Shown here in pieces: positions 8,897 through 17,334 of a DNA stretch of 64,000 nt. Both the position numbers and the translations under genes were made by a program. Origin of the DNA: Alphaproteobacteria bacterium (GTDB lineage Bacteria > Pseudomonadota > Alphaproteobacteria > UBA2966); assembly GCA_964291395.2 (NCBI GenBank), contig OZ219858.1, forward strand, positions 544,001 to 608,000, given 5' to 3'. The notes under the pieces are model-generated. The model saw only the letters and a list, made by a program, of their open reading frames with translations, was not told where the DNA came from and did no database searches. Within the stretch, counting starts at the first letter, position 1, and the number at the start of each line of letters is the position of its first letter.

Positions 8897-9985
8897 GTGT
8901 CAGACGAGCATCCACAGCCTAGGCGACGGCGGGGACGTGGGTTCGTCCGCCTCGTCCTGTTGCTGATCGTGCCGGTTGCGGCCGCGATCAGCGGTCTCTA
9001 CTGGTATGCCCTCGGCGGCCGTTACGTCACGACCGAGAACGCATACGTCAAGACCAACATGATCGCGATCTCCCCGAATATTTCGGGCCGGGTCATCGAC
9101 GTGAAGGTCGAAGACAATCAATCCGTCGACGCAGGAGACGTCCTCTTCCAGATCGACCCGGAACCGCTGCACATCGCCGTCGACCGCGCGGAAGCCCGAA
9201 TCCTTGCGGTGCGCAACGAGATCGAATCGAAACAGGCCGAATATGCCCAGATCGAGGCGGAGATCGGTGAAGTTCTCGAACGCCAGAAGTTCCTGAAGCG
9301 GCAGTACGAACGCCAACAACAATTGCAGGAGCGAGGCGTGGCGACGGCCGTCAGACTTGACGAGGCGGAGAACCTGCTTGCCACGTCCCGGCAGACCGTG
9401 CGAGTGCTGCGCCAGAAGATCCGCCGGGTGGTCGCGGACCTGGGCGGCGATCTGCTGACGCCCGTGGAACGGCACCCCGACTATCTCGAGGCCGAGTCCG
9501 AACGGGATCAGGCCAGGCTGATGCTCAGCTACTCTACGGTATCGGCACCGGCGAGCGGCATCGTCAGCCGCATGCAGCTGCAAGCCGGCGAGTGGGTTGA
9601 AGACGGTGAACCCATCTTCAGCGTCATCGAAAGCAAGGACCACTGGATCGAAGCGAATCTCAAGGAAACGCAGCTCACGCACGTGGTGGTTGGACAAAAG
9701 GTGACGGTAGAGCTCGATGCCTATCCGGATGTCCTGTGGGAGGGTCGGGTCGACTCGATCAGTGCCGCGACCGGTGCCGAATTCTCGATTCTGCCCCCAC
9801 AAAACGCCACCGGGAACTGGGTCAAGGTCGTTCAGCGGCTGCCCGTCCGGATCGCCGTCACGCGAAGCGACGGCAAACCACCCCTGCGCGCCGGCATGAC
9901 GGTCACCGTCTCCATCGACACGGAACGTGAACGTGAGATGCTGAGCATCGCGCGCGAGACATGGGAATCGATCCGAGGCGGATAG
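8897..9985 (+). CDS. emrA: EmrA/HlyD-family membrane fusion protein
   Basis: N-terminal TM helix, TENAYV, ANLKETQL, FSILPPQNATGNWVKVVQRLPVRI. Confidence 0.9.
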   Translation: MSDEHPQPRRRRGRGFVRLVLLLIVPVAAAISGLYWYALGGRYVTTENAYVKTNMIAISPNISGRVIDVKVEDNQSVDAGDVLFQIDPEPLHIAVDRAEARILAVRNEIESKQAEYAQIEAEIGEVLERQKFLKRQYERQQQLQERGVATAVRLDEAENLLATSRQTVRVLRQKIRRVVADLGGDLLTPVERHPDYLEAESERDQARLMLSYSTVSAPASGIVSRMQLQAGEWVEDGEPIFSVIESKDHWIEANLKETQLTHVVVGQKVTVELDAYPDVLWEGRVDSISAATGAEFSILPPQNATGNWVKVVQRLPVRIAVTRSDGKPPLRAGMTVTVSIDTEREREMLSIARETWESIRGG

Positions 9986-10054
9986 ACTCGTTCGGGAGAG
10001 GTCGGCGGCGCTCGAAACCGATTCAACCTGTTGATATGGGGTTGGATGATACTA

Positions 10055-10086
10055 TTGAGTTGGAAGTATTCATGATTCCAACTCAA
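10055..10086. promoter_or_regulatory. Perfect 11-bp inverted repeat between emrA and emrB
   Basis: TTGAGTTGGAA-N10-TTCCAACTCAA in an AT-rich spacer. Confidence 0.5.
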
Positions 10087-10100
10087 CAGAATGCGCGCCA

Positions 10101-11621
10101 GTGGTCACGCCCGAAGCTGCGGACTCTCATTCTTCCTTTGAACGCGCACTGATCCTGGCGATCGTCGTCTTTGCGGGCGCCGTCTACGCCAGCACGCAGA
10201 CGATCATTCTCGTATCCCTGCCGCAAATGCAGGGCGACCTGTCGGCCAGCATCGACCAGATCTCCTGGGTCGTGACCGGCAACATCGTTGCCTCGGCGAT
10301 CGGGATTCCGCCGACTGCCTGGCTTTCGGCGCGGTTCGGGCGCAAGCGCCTGTTCCTGTTCTGCATCGGATGCTTCATCGCCTCGTGCCTGCTGCTCAGC
10401 GTCTCGACCAGCCTCGAGGAGGTCGTGATCTGGCGCATCATGCAGGGCCTGACCGGCGCGCCCCTGATCGCGATCACGCAAGCCATCTCCATGGACATCT
10501 ACCCCAGGGAAAAGCAGGGCATGGCCATGGCGGTCTGGTCCGTCGGGCTGATCGTGGGACCCGTCGTGGCGCCGACAGTGGGCGGCTATCTGACCGAAGT
10601 GGGCGACTGGCGGCTGGTGTTCCTGGCCGTGGTGCCGCTCGCCGTTTTCTCGTTCTTTGCGAGCCTGGCGGTCGTGCCCGAGTGGACCTCGGAGCGTGAC
10701 CTGCGGTTCGATTGGTTCGGCTTCGTCGCCGTGACCTTCGGCATCGGCGCCGCCCAGCTCACCATAGACCAGGGGCAGCGGCTGGACTGGTTCGAGTCGA
10801 CCGAGATCGTCGTTCTGACCGTGGTCGCAGGGTTCGGGCTCTACGTCTTCATCGCCCACATCCTGACCGCCCGAAATCCCTTCCTCGATCCGGGCATTTT
10901 TCGGGACCGGAACTTCTCCGTCGGGTTGTTCACGATGTTCGTCTACAGCCCGCTGATCTACATCCCCATGGTCCTGCTTCCGAACATGCTGGAGGATCTG
11001 AGGGACTTTCCGGCCGTGACCATCGGCCTGCTCCTGCTGCCGCGCGGACTGGGGCAGATCGTCGGACTGTCGATCGCGGGCCGCTTCGTCGGCAAGGTGG
11101 ATTGCCGGAAACTGCTGGTGGCGAGCCTGCTGCTGCAGGCCTTCACGACCTGGACCATGTCCCGATGGGATCTCGGCATCGGTATCTGGGACATCGTCTG
11201 GCCGAGCTTCCTCCAGGGGATCGCCATGGGGTTCATCTTCATGTCCATCATCACCATCACCTATTCCACCCTCGAGCGGGAACGTCGTACGGAAGGGGCG
11301 GCGCTGTTTTCGCTGGTGCGCAACTTCGGAACCTCCATGGGCATCTCGACCGCCGTGACCCTGTTCGTCCGGTTCGCCACCAAGAGCCAGGCGTCGTTGA
11401 CCGAGCATGCCGAGCCCTTCAACGAGCTCTTCCGCCTGCCGGAAAACCTGAGTCTGTGGGACCTCGAAAGCCTGTCCAGCGTCGCGACGCTGGAATCCCA
11501 GATCGTGCGGCACGCCGAGATGGTGGGCTACGCCAACGACTTCTTCGTCATGACCGTATGGGCGCTGTTGCTGATCCCCATCGCGGTCCTGGCGCGGAAC
11601 ACGGTAAGCGCGCCGCGCTGA
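10101..11621 (+). CDS. emrB: EmrB/DHA2 MFS efflux permease
   Basis: Many TM helices, ISWVVT, LSARFGRKRLF, WRIMQG, GPVVAPTVGG, LDWFES, LVRNFG. Confidence 0.9.
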   Translation: MVTPEAADSHSSFERALILAIVVFAGAVYASTQTIILVSLPQMQGDLSASIDQISWVVTGNIVASAIGIPPTAWLSARFGRKRLFLFCIGCFIASCLLLSVSTSLEEVVIWRIMQGLTGAPLIAITQAISMDIYPREKQGMAMAVWSVGLIVGPVVAPTVGGYLTEVGDWRLVFLAVVPLAVFSFFASLAVVPEWTSERDLRFDWFGFVAVTFGIGAAQLTIDQGQRLDWFESTEIVVLTVVAGFGLYVFIAHILTARNPFLDPGIFRDRNFSVGLFTMFVYSPLIYIPMVLLPNMLEDLRDFPAVTIGLLLLPRGLGQIVGLSIAGRFVGKVDCRKLLVASLLLQAFTTWTMSRWDLGIGIWDIVWPSFLQGIAMGFIFMSIITITYSTLERERRTEGAALFSLVRNFGTSMGISTAVTLFVRFATKSQASLTEHAEPFNELFRLPENLSLWDLESLSSVATLESQIVRHAEMVGYANDFFVMTVWALLLIPIAVLARNTVSAPR

Positions 11622-11706
11622 GCAAGCTGAAGAAATTCGGGCGAACCTCTCCCGAGAAAGAGGTCCGCCCCAAGCATCGACCTGGAAATGCCGTCGTTCG
11701 ACGCAC

Positions 11707-12786
11707 TCAGTTGCCGATGGCCCTCGACCATTGATCGGTCCAGTCGCTGATGTCGATCCGGCTGAAGTCGAACGTGAGGATGCGTTCCATCGCGGCGCTG
11801 TCCAAGATCATCATCTCCTGGAGCAGCGGCTCCTTTTGCATACGGGCGATGGCGTTCTTGTTGACGGGTACGACCCCCGTCTTCTTGGCCAACTGGAATT
11901 GGAACTCCTCGCCGATGTACTCGTTGAGATACGCGGTTGCGGCCTCGGGAACCTTGGTGCCGTTGACCACGATCATCAGCGTGTACGTCGCTGCACCCGT
12001 GTGATCGTCGGTGATCTTCGGATAAGCCATCGACACGTTCAGACCGGCGTTTTTCATGCGGACGCACCAACCCGCGTGCACCATCGCGGCGTAAATGTCC
12101 CCGGTTTCCAGATGCGTCACGTTGGCGCTGCCACGCTTCCAGTAAGTGAACGGATCGATCTGCTTGATCAGATCGAGACCCGGCTTGATGTTGTCGACAC
12201 CGCCGCCCGCTGCGTAGGCCACCATCGCCACGTTGCTCAAACCGGGGCCCGCCGTGATATCGGGCCACGAGAGTTTCCTCTTGAGATTGGGGTGCACGAG
12301 ATCCTGGAAGGTCTGCGGAACCGGGATGCCGTTGTCGGCGAACTTCTGCTTTTCGTAGCAGACACCGTATTGAGACGTCAGCGTCACGAACTTGTCGTCT
12401 TCATAAAGCGACGCCGGCATGTTTGCCTTGTTCGGGACGAGGTCGTGGTCGATCTTCGCGGCATAGCCGCCCTCGGCGATCGACGGCAGCAACGGTTCTC
12501 CCACTTCCATGACGTCGATGGGAACGTCCCGTCCCCGTGCGGCCACAAGCTTGGCCAGGTTGTCGTGCGGGCTGGCGGTCACGAATTCGATCTTCATCCC
12601 CTTGGCGACAAGCTGCGGGACGATGTGGTCCTCCTGGACCTTGCGCCAGGAGCCTCCCCAAGTGCCGACGCGAAGTGTCATACCGTCGAATTCGCCGGCG
12701 GCCACGGCACCCGGGAACAGCACGATCGCCATGGCGCCTGCAGATGCACCGACGATGGCCGCCTTCACGTAGTTCATTATTTGCAT
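11707..12786 (-). CDS. Extracellular solute-binding protein (PotD/PotF-like)
   Basis: RBS AAGGAG before ATG 12786, signal peptide, VGTWGGSW; no permease genes adjacent. Confidence 0.8.
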   Translation of the reverse strand: MQIMNYVKAAIVGASAGAMAIVLFPGAVAAGEFDGMTLRVGTWGGSWRKVQEDHIVPQLVAKGMKIEFVTASPHDNLAKLVAARGRDVPIDVMEVGEPLLPSIAEGGYAAKIDHDLVPNKANMPASLYEDDKFVTLTSQYGVCYEKQKFADNGIPVPQTFQDLVHPNLKRKLSWPDITAGPGLSNVAMVAYAAGGGVDNIKPGLDLIKQIDPFTYWKRGSANVTHLETGDIYAAMVHAGWCVRMKNAGLNVSMAYPKITDDHTGAATYTLMIVVNGTKVPEAATAYLNEYIGEEFQFQLAKKTGVVPVNKNAIARMQKEPLLQEMMILDSAAMERILTFDFSRIDISDWTDQWSRAIGN

Positions 12787-12964
12787 GATGTTGTCTCCTT
12801 GCGAGACGAATGAATTGGAAAGACCGCCGCCCCTTCCGGCCGGCCGGCCAAATCTCACCACGCTGTTAACTGACCAATCGACAATCGATGCGCCGACCTT
12901 CAAATTCCCGGCTGGTAGAGTCGCCGCCTGTGTCCGTTGACGCGCCTTCTTCCGATTACTTCGA

Positions 12965-13816
12965 TTAGAACGGTCGATCTCCCTTAAGGGTGACCCGCTG
13001 GAGGTGCCTGCGACGGGGACTGAAGTCCCGTTCGGAATAAAAATAGTCGGCGCTGACCCGATGCAGGGTGCAGCGGTTATCCCACATGGCGATTGAGTTG
13101 ACGCGCCAGTGAAAGCGGCACGAGAAATCGGGGTTCTCCGCGTGACCATACAGAAAATCGAGGATGGCTGCGCTTTCCTTCGGACTCATGCCCTCGAGGG
13201 AAGCGCAGTTCTTGCGGTGAAGATAGAGCGCCTTTCTGCCTGTGACCGGATGGGTTCGCACCACGGGATGGGCGGCGACGAAGTCGCCGGCATCCTCGAT
13301 CGCGGTCATGCCCTGGAACCGGCTGTAGTTCGCGACCCCCCCCTTGAAGACGCATTTCAGACCGTCCAGCAGGCCCCTCATGGTATCGGAGAGCGTTTCA
13401 TAGGCCAGATACATATTGGCGAAATGCGTATCGCCGCTGAACGGGGGAACGTCACGCGCGTAGAGCACGGAACCCAAGGGCGGTTCTTCGAGAAACGGCA
13501 GGTCGGTATGCCAGCCGTCTCCCCAGTTGTGATGTTCCTCCGACTCCTTGACGACCTCGACGATTTCCGGGTGTCCCGGCATGCTCCGCGTCAGCGGATG
13601 GACGTGCAGGTCGCCGAAACGGCGGGCGAACGCCTTGTGCTGGCCGGGTGTGAGTTCCTGGTTGTGGAAGAACAGGACGAGATGGTCGAGAAACGCGTCG
13701 TAGATCTCTGAGAAGGTTTCGTTGTCGAGCGTTTCGGAGAGATCGATGCCGGCGATTTCTGCGCCCAGCGCGCCGGTCACGGGATGGACTTCGATCCTGT
13801 CATAGTTCTCGCGCAT
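12965..13816 (-). CDS. TauD/TfdA-family 2-oxoglutarate/Fe(II) dioxygenase
   Basis: LGAEIAGIDL, WHTDL (HxD), HPVVRTHPVTGRKALY, WDNRCTLH. Confidence 0.92.
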   Translation of the reverse strand: MRENYDRIEVHPVTGALGAEIAGIDLSETLDNETFSEIYDAFLDHLVLFFHNQELTPGQHKAFARRFGDLHVHPLTRSMPGHPEIVEVVKESEEHHNWGDGWHTDLPFLEEPPLGSVLYARDVPPFSGDTHFANMYLAYETLSDTMRGLLDGLKCVFKGGVANYSRFQGMTAIEDAGDFVAAHPVVRTHPVTGRKALYLHRKNCASLEGMSPKESAAILDFLYGHAENPDFSCRFHWRVNSIAMWDNRCTLHRVSADYFYSERDFSPRRRHLQRVTLKGDRPF

Positions 13817-13959
13817 CGATACCTCGTGCGCGGCGCTCCTGGCCGCAAGCGCCTTTGGACAATCCGGCTCGAACGCCTCTCCCGACACCCGAGTCCGACC
13901 CGCAAGGCATGTTAGACCTGCGCTCCCGGAGCCACAAGTAAGCCCAGGCGCGCGGGGTG

Positions 13960-14065
13960 TCAGGAATACCGCAGAATTTCCGGCAGATCCCGGGCGCCAT
14001 GAAGCACGCGTACGATCAGCGGCGGATCACGGTCCGGCGTGTAAACGACAACACAGGGGTAGCCG
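13960..14065 (-). pseudogene. ParE/RelE toxin C-terminal remnant
   Basis: VRGYPCVVVYTPDRDPPLIVRVLHGARDLPEIL; the IVRVLHGARD terminus is typical of ParE; no N-terminus or antitoxin. Confidence 0.7.
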
Positions 14066-14135
14066 CGGACCGAACGCGCCCGGCGATGCCGGAATCGCCT
14101 CCGACGGATGCCTTTCGTTGGGCTACCCGGACAAC

Positions 14136-15092
14136 CTAGTAGTCGATCGGCGTCGTCCACTCCGGGTCGTCGTGCTTCGCCCAGTACAGGTCGCGGATCT
14201 GCTCGGTCTTGGGACCGGGCCGGCCGCCGTTGAGCGGTTCACCGTCGATCGTCGTGACCGGCATGATCCCGCCCGCCGTCGACGTAATGAACACCTCGTC
14301 CGCGCCTTTGAGGTCCGCCGTCGGCACCGGGGCGACATGGGTCTTGATCTGCAACTCCTCGCAGAGCTTGAAGGTGACCTTTCGGGTGATACCCTCCAGC
14401 ATGCCGCGGTGCGGCGTGACCGCTTCGCCATCCCTGACAACGAAGACGTTGAACCCGGGTCCTTCGGTTATGTTGCCGTCCTCGTCGGGCATGAGCACGT
14501 TGTCGCCGCCCCGGTCGAAGGCCTCGAACAGGCCGGCGACGAAATCGAGCCGGTTGTAGTTCTTGATCTTCGGATCGACCGCATCGGGCGAGATCCGCGG
14601 TGCCGAGGCGACGATCATGTTGAGCCCCCGGTCCTGGACTTCCTTCTTGATGGTGTCGGAATAGGGTTGGGCGTAGGCGAAGAAGTTGGGTGTCGCGTCC
14701 CGGGGGTCTCGCGATCCCGGCACCGCCGCGCCGCGGGTGCAGATCGGCTTCACCAGGGCGCGCCGCAGACCGGAGCGGCGTACGCATTCGTCCTGGATCT
14801 CGATCAGCTCCTTGCGCGTCACCGGCAGATCCAGCCGCAGCGTCTCGCACGAGGTCAGGAACCGGTCCAGGTGGAGATCGCGGCGGAAGTACTTGCCGTC
14901 CCACACCTTGAGGGTATCGAAGGTGCAGTCGGAGCGCGTGAACCCGAAGTCGAGGACGGAGATCTTCGCCTCGCGGAGCGGCCGGTAGTCGCCGTCTATG
15001 AAGGCGATGCCCTCCGCCGGATCGATATCCGGGCGGGGCGCCTCCGGCGCCGGCATGGGGGATTCGTTCAAGGCACTCATCGCGACCTCCAT
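14136..15092 (-). CDS. PLP fold-type IV aminotransferase, (R)-amine-transaminase-like
   Basis: ISVLDFGFTRSD, HLDRF, DPKIKN (catalytic Lys), TEGPGFNVF, LEGITR, ADEVFITSTAGG. Confidence 0.9.
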   Translation of the reverse strand: MEVAMSALNESPMPAPEAPRPDIDPAEGIAFIDGDYRPLREAKISVLDFGFTRSDCTFDTLKVWDGKYFRRDLHLDRFLTSCETLRLDLPVTRKELIEIQDECVRRSGLRRALVKPICTRGAAVPGSRDPRDATPNFFAYAQPYSDTIKKEVQDRGLNMIVASAPRISPDAVDPKIKNYNRLDFVAGLFEAFDRGGDNVLMPDEDGNITEGPGFNVFVVRDGEAVTPHRGMLEGITRKVTFKLCEELQIKTHVAPVPTADLKGADEVFITSTAGGIMPVTTIDGEPLNGGRPGPKTEQIRDLYWAKHDDPEWTTPIDY

Positions 15093-15292
15093 CCGCTGTC
15101 CCGCGTCGCCCGTTCAGCGTATCACGGACAGTACATACCGGCCATGCGGACATCGTGCTCGTATCGGCATTGAGCTTGGCGCGGGCCGACGCTTTTGTGG
15201 CATCCTTCACGTCGACGTCTCCAATAAAACGACGATGCGGGATTCTTCGTCCCGCACCGGACTTCAGGATTGCTTCGGACTAGGGGTAGGGG

Positions 15293-17311
15293 ATGGACCA
15301 ACTCGGTCTTCTGGAACTGATACGCGAGGCCTTGATCGCAGTGGTGCACGAAATGCGCGCCAACGTGATTCACTCGTCGTATTCCTCCGTCATCTACGAG
15401 GGTCACGACTTTTCCTGTGCTCTGCTGACGGCCGATGGTCGCCATGTCGCGCAATCGGATGGCGATACGCCCATCCACATCATCGCCGTGCCCTATTCGA
15501 CTCGGGTGGTGATCGAAACCTTCGAGGACGACATCCACGAAGGCGACGTATTCCTGCACAACGACCCCTATACGGGCGGCACCCACCTCAACGACATCCT
15601 GATGCTGCACCCCGTCTTCAGCGGCGGGAAACTCGTCCTCTTCGCGGCCATTCGCTATCACTGGGCCGACGTCGGCGGCATGACCGCGGGGTCGCTGTCG
15701 GGTCAGGCCAGGGAGATCTATCAGGAGGGGATGCGCATCACGCCGACCCGCATTTGCGATAAGGGCGAGATGAACGAGACGTTCCTGCGTCTGCTGGTCG
15801 AGAACATGCGCCTGCCGGCCGAGCGCATGGGCGATTTCAACGCCATGCACGGCACGGGCCGCAAGGCCGAGGAACACGTCCAGCGCCTCCTCAGGCGCTT
15901 CGGGCCGGACAATCTGCTCGAGGCCGTCGAGGAGATCCTTCAACGCTCCGAAGACGTCATGCGGCGGCGCATCCGGGAACTCGAGGACGGTGACTACTAT
16001 GCGGAAGGATATATCGAATCGGACGGCGTGAGTTCCGCGCCCCTGGTGGGCCGCCTCAAACTGACGATCGAGGGCGAGGAGATGATCGCCGATTTCTCCG
16101 GAACGTCCGCGCAGGCCGCGGGGCCGACCAACGTGGGCCCGTCGATGACGCTGACTTCCCTCGGCGCCATCACGAAGGCGTTTCTCGACCCCCATACGCC
16201 GATCAATCACGGCTCGTTCGAGCCGATCACCATCATCGCGCCGGAAAGGACCATCGTGAATGCCCGGCACCCGGCGCCCTGCGGCGGCATGGTCGAGGTG
16301 AAGGCCCTCATGGACACCCTGGTGGCCACGGTCCTCGGTCAGGCCGTTCCGGAGATGAAGGTCGGCGATCTCAAGGGCGGCGCGAACCATATCTACACGA
16401 CGGGCCGGTATCCGGATCGGGACGGCATCTTCATCCTCTACGAATGGCCGTCCGGCGGTACCGGTGCGTCGGACGGCGTCGACGGCAACAACTGTGTGCG
16501 CCAGTACAACGAGGGCGATTTCAATTCGATCCACGCCATCGAGGTGGTGGAGAGCCAATACCCCTTGCGCGTCGAGCGTTCGGAACTGCGCGTCGGTTCC
16601 TGCGGTGACGGCAAGTTTCGAGGGGGACTGGGGCTGCGAAGGGATCTTCGCCTGCTGAGTCCGTCCGGCGCTCTCTCCGTCCTGACCGACAAGTGCACCA
16701 TCCCGCCGATCGGCGTTCACGGCGCCGCGAACGGGGCCGCCAACAACTTCGTCGTGGTTCGCGGCGACGAAATCGTCCAACCGTCCCCCATTCCGGGGAA
16801 GGTCTCCGGGTTTCCGCTGCGCGAAGGCGATATCGTGCGCTACGAATCGGCGGGCGGCGGAGGCTATGGAGACCCGCTCGAGCGGGACCCGCGGCAGGTC
16901 GCCCGCGACGCTCGTCTGGGCTACATCACGGCGCACATCGCCGATATCCGCTACGGCGTCGTTCTGGACGGCGGCGGCGCGGTGGACGACGGGGCGACAA
17001 ACCGCCGTCGCAAGGAGCTGCGGGACGCCCGCCTCCATCTGACGCTGGAGGCGGCGAACGAGGATCGCTACGCGGAGGACCGGCGCATCTTCCGGGTGCC
17101 TTCCGCGATCGCGAACCGGGCCGGAGCGGCCGAGGGCGATCTCGTGGAGATATTCGCGGGCACGGGCCCGCTGGTGCGCGGCTGGGTCGAGCTCGACGAC
17201 TCGAACGGCGATTCGGCCATGCGTATCGGCCCGGATGCATTTCATCTTCTCGCGGCTGTGCCGGGCGATTCGGTCGAGATTCGTCCCGTACGCCGCGAAC
17301 CGTTGACCTGA
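15293..17311 (+). CDS. Hydantoinase B/oxoprolinase-family protein with C-terminal extension
   Basis: HDFSCAL, HNDPYTGGTHLND, HWADVGG, IYQEG, GGGGYGDPLER. Confidence 0.92.
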   Translation: MDQLGLLELIREALIAVVHEMRANVIHSSYSSVIYEGHDFSCALLTADGRHVAQSDGDTPIHIIAVPYSTRVVIETFEDDIHEGDVFLHNDPYTGGTHLNDILMLHPVFSGGKLVLFAAIRYHWADVGGMTAGSLSGQAREIYQEGMRITPTRICDKGEMNETFLRLLVENMRLPAERMGDFNAMHGTGRKAEEHVQRLLRRFGPDNLLEAVEEILQRSEDVMRRRIRELEDGDYYAEGYIESDGVSSAPLVGRLKLTIEGEEMIADFSGTSAQAAGPTNVGPSMTLTSLGAITKAFLDPHTPINHGSFEPITIIAPERTIVNARHPAPCGGMVEVKALMDTLVATVLGQAVPEMKVGDLKGGANHIYTTGRYPDRDGIFILYEWPSGGTGASDGVDGNNCVRQYNEGDFNSIHAIEVVESQYPLRVERSELRVGSCGDGKFRGGLGLRRDLRLLSPSGALSVLTDKCTIPPIGVHGAANGAANNFVVVRGDEIVQPSPIPGKVSGFPLREGDIVRYESAGGGGYGDPLERDPRQVARDARLGYITAHIADIRYGVVLDGGGAVDDGATNRRRKELRDARLHLTLEAANEDRYAEDRRIFRVPSAIANRAGAAEGDLVEIFAGTGPLVRGWVELDDSNGDSAMRIGPDAFHLLAAVPGDSVEIRPVRREPLT

Positions 17312-17334
17312 GCGTGGTCGGGGAGGAGGATCGT

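Noticed and set aside
16693-17334. Long N-terminal extensions in the ORF track (hydantoinase A, dctM, DCase, ABC exporter, SBP, glnK)
   Set aside because: They overlap neighbouring genes or are low-complexity; family homology and RBS positions indicate later starts
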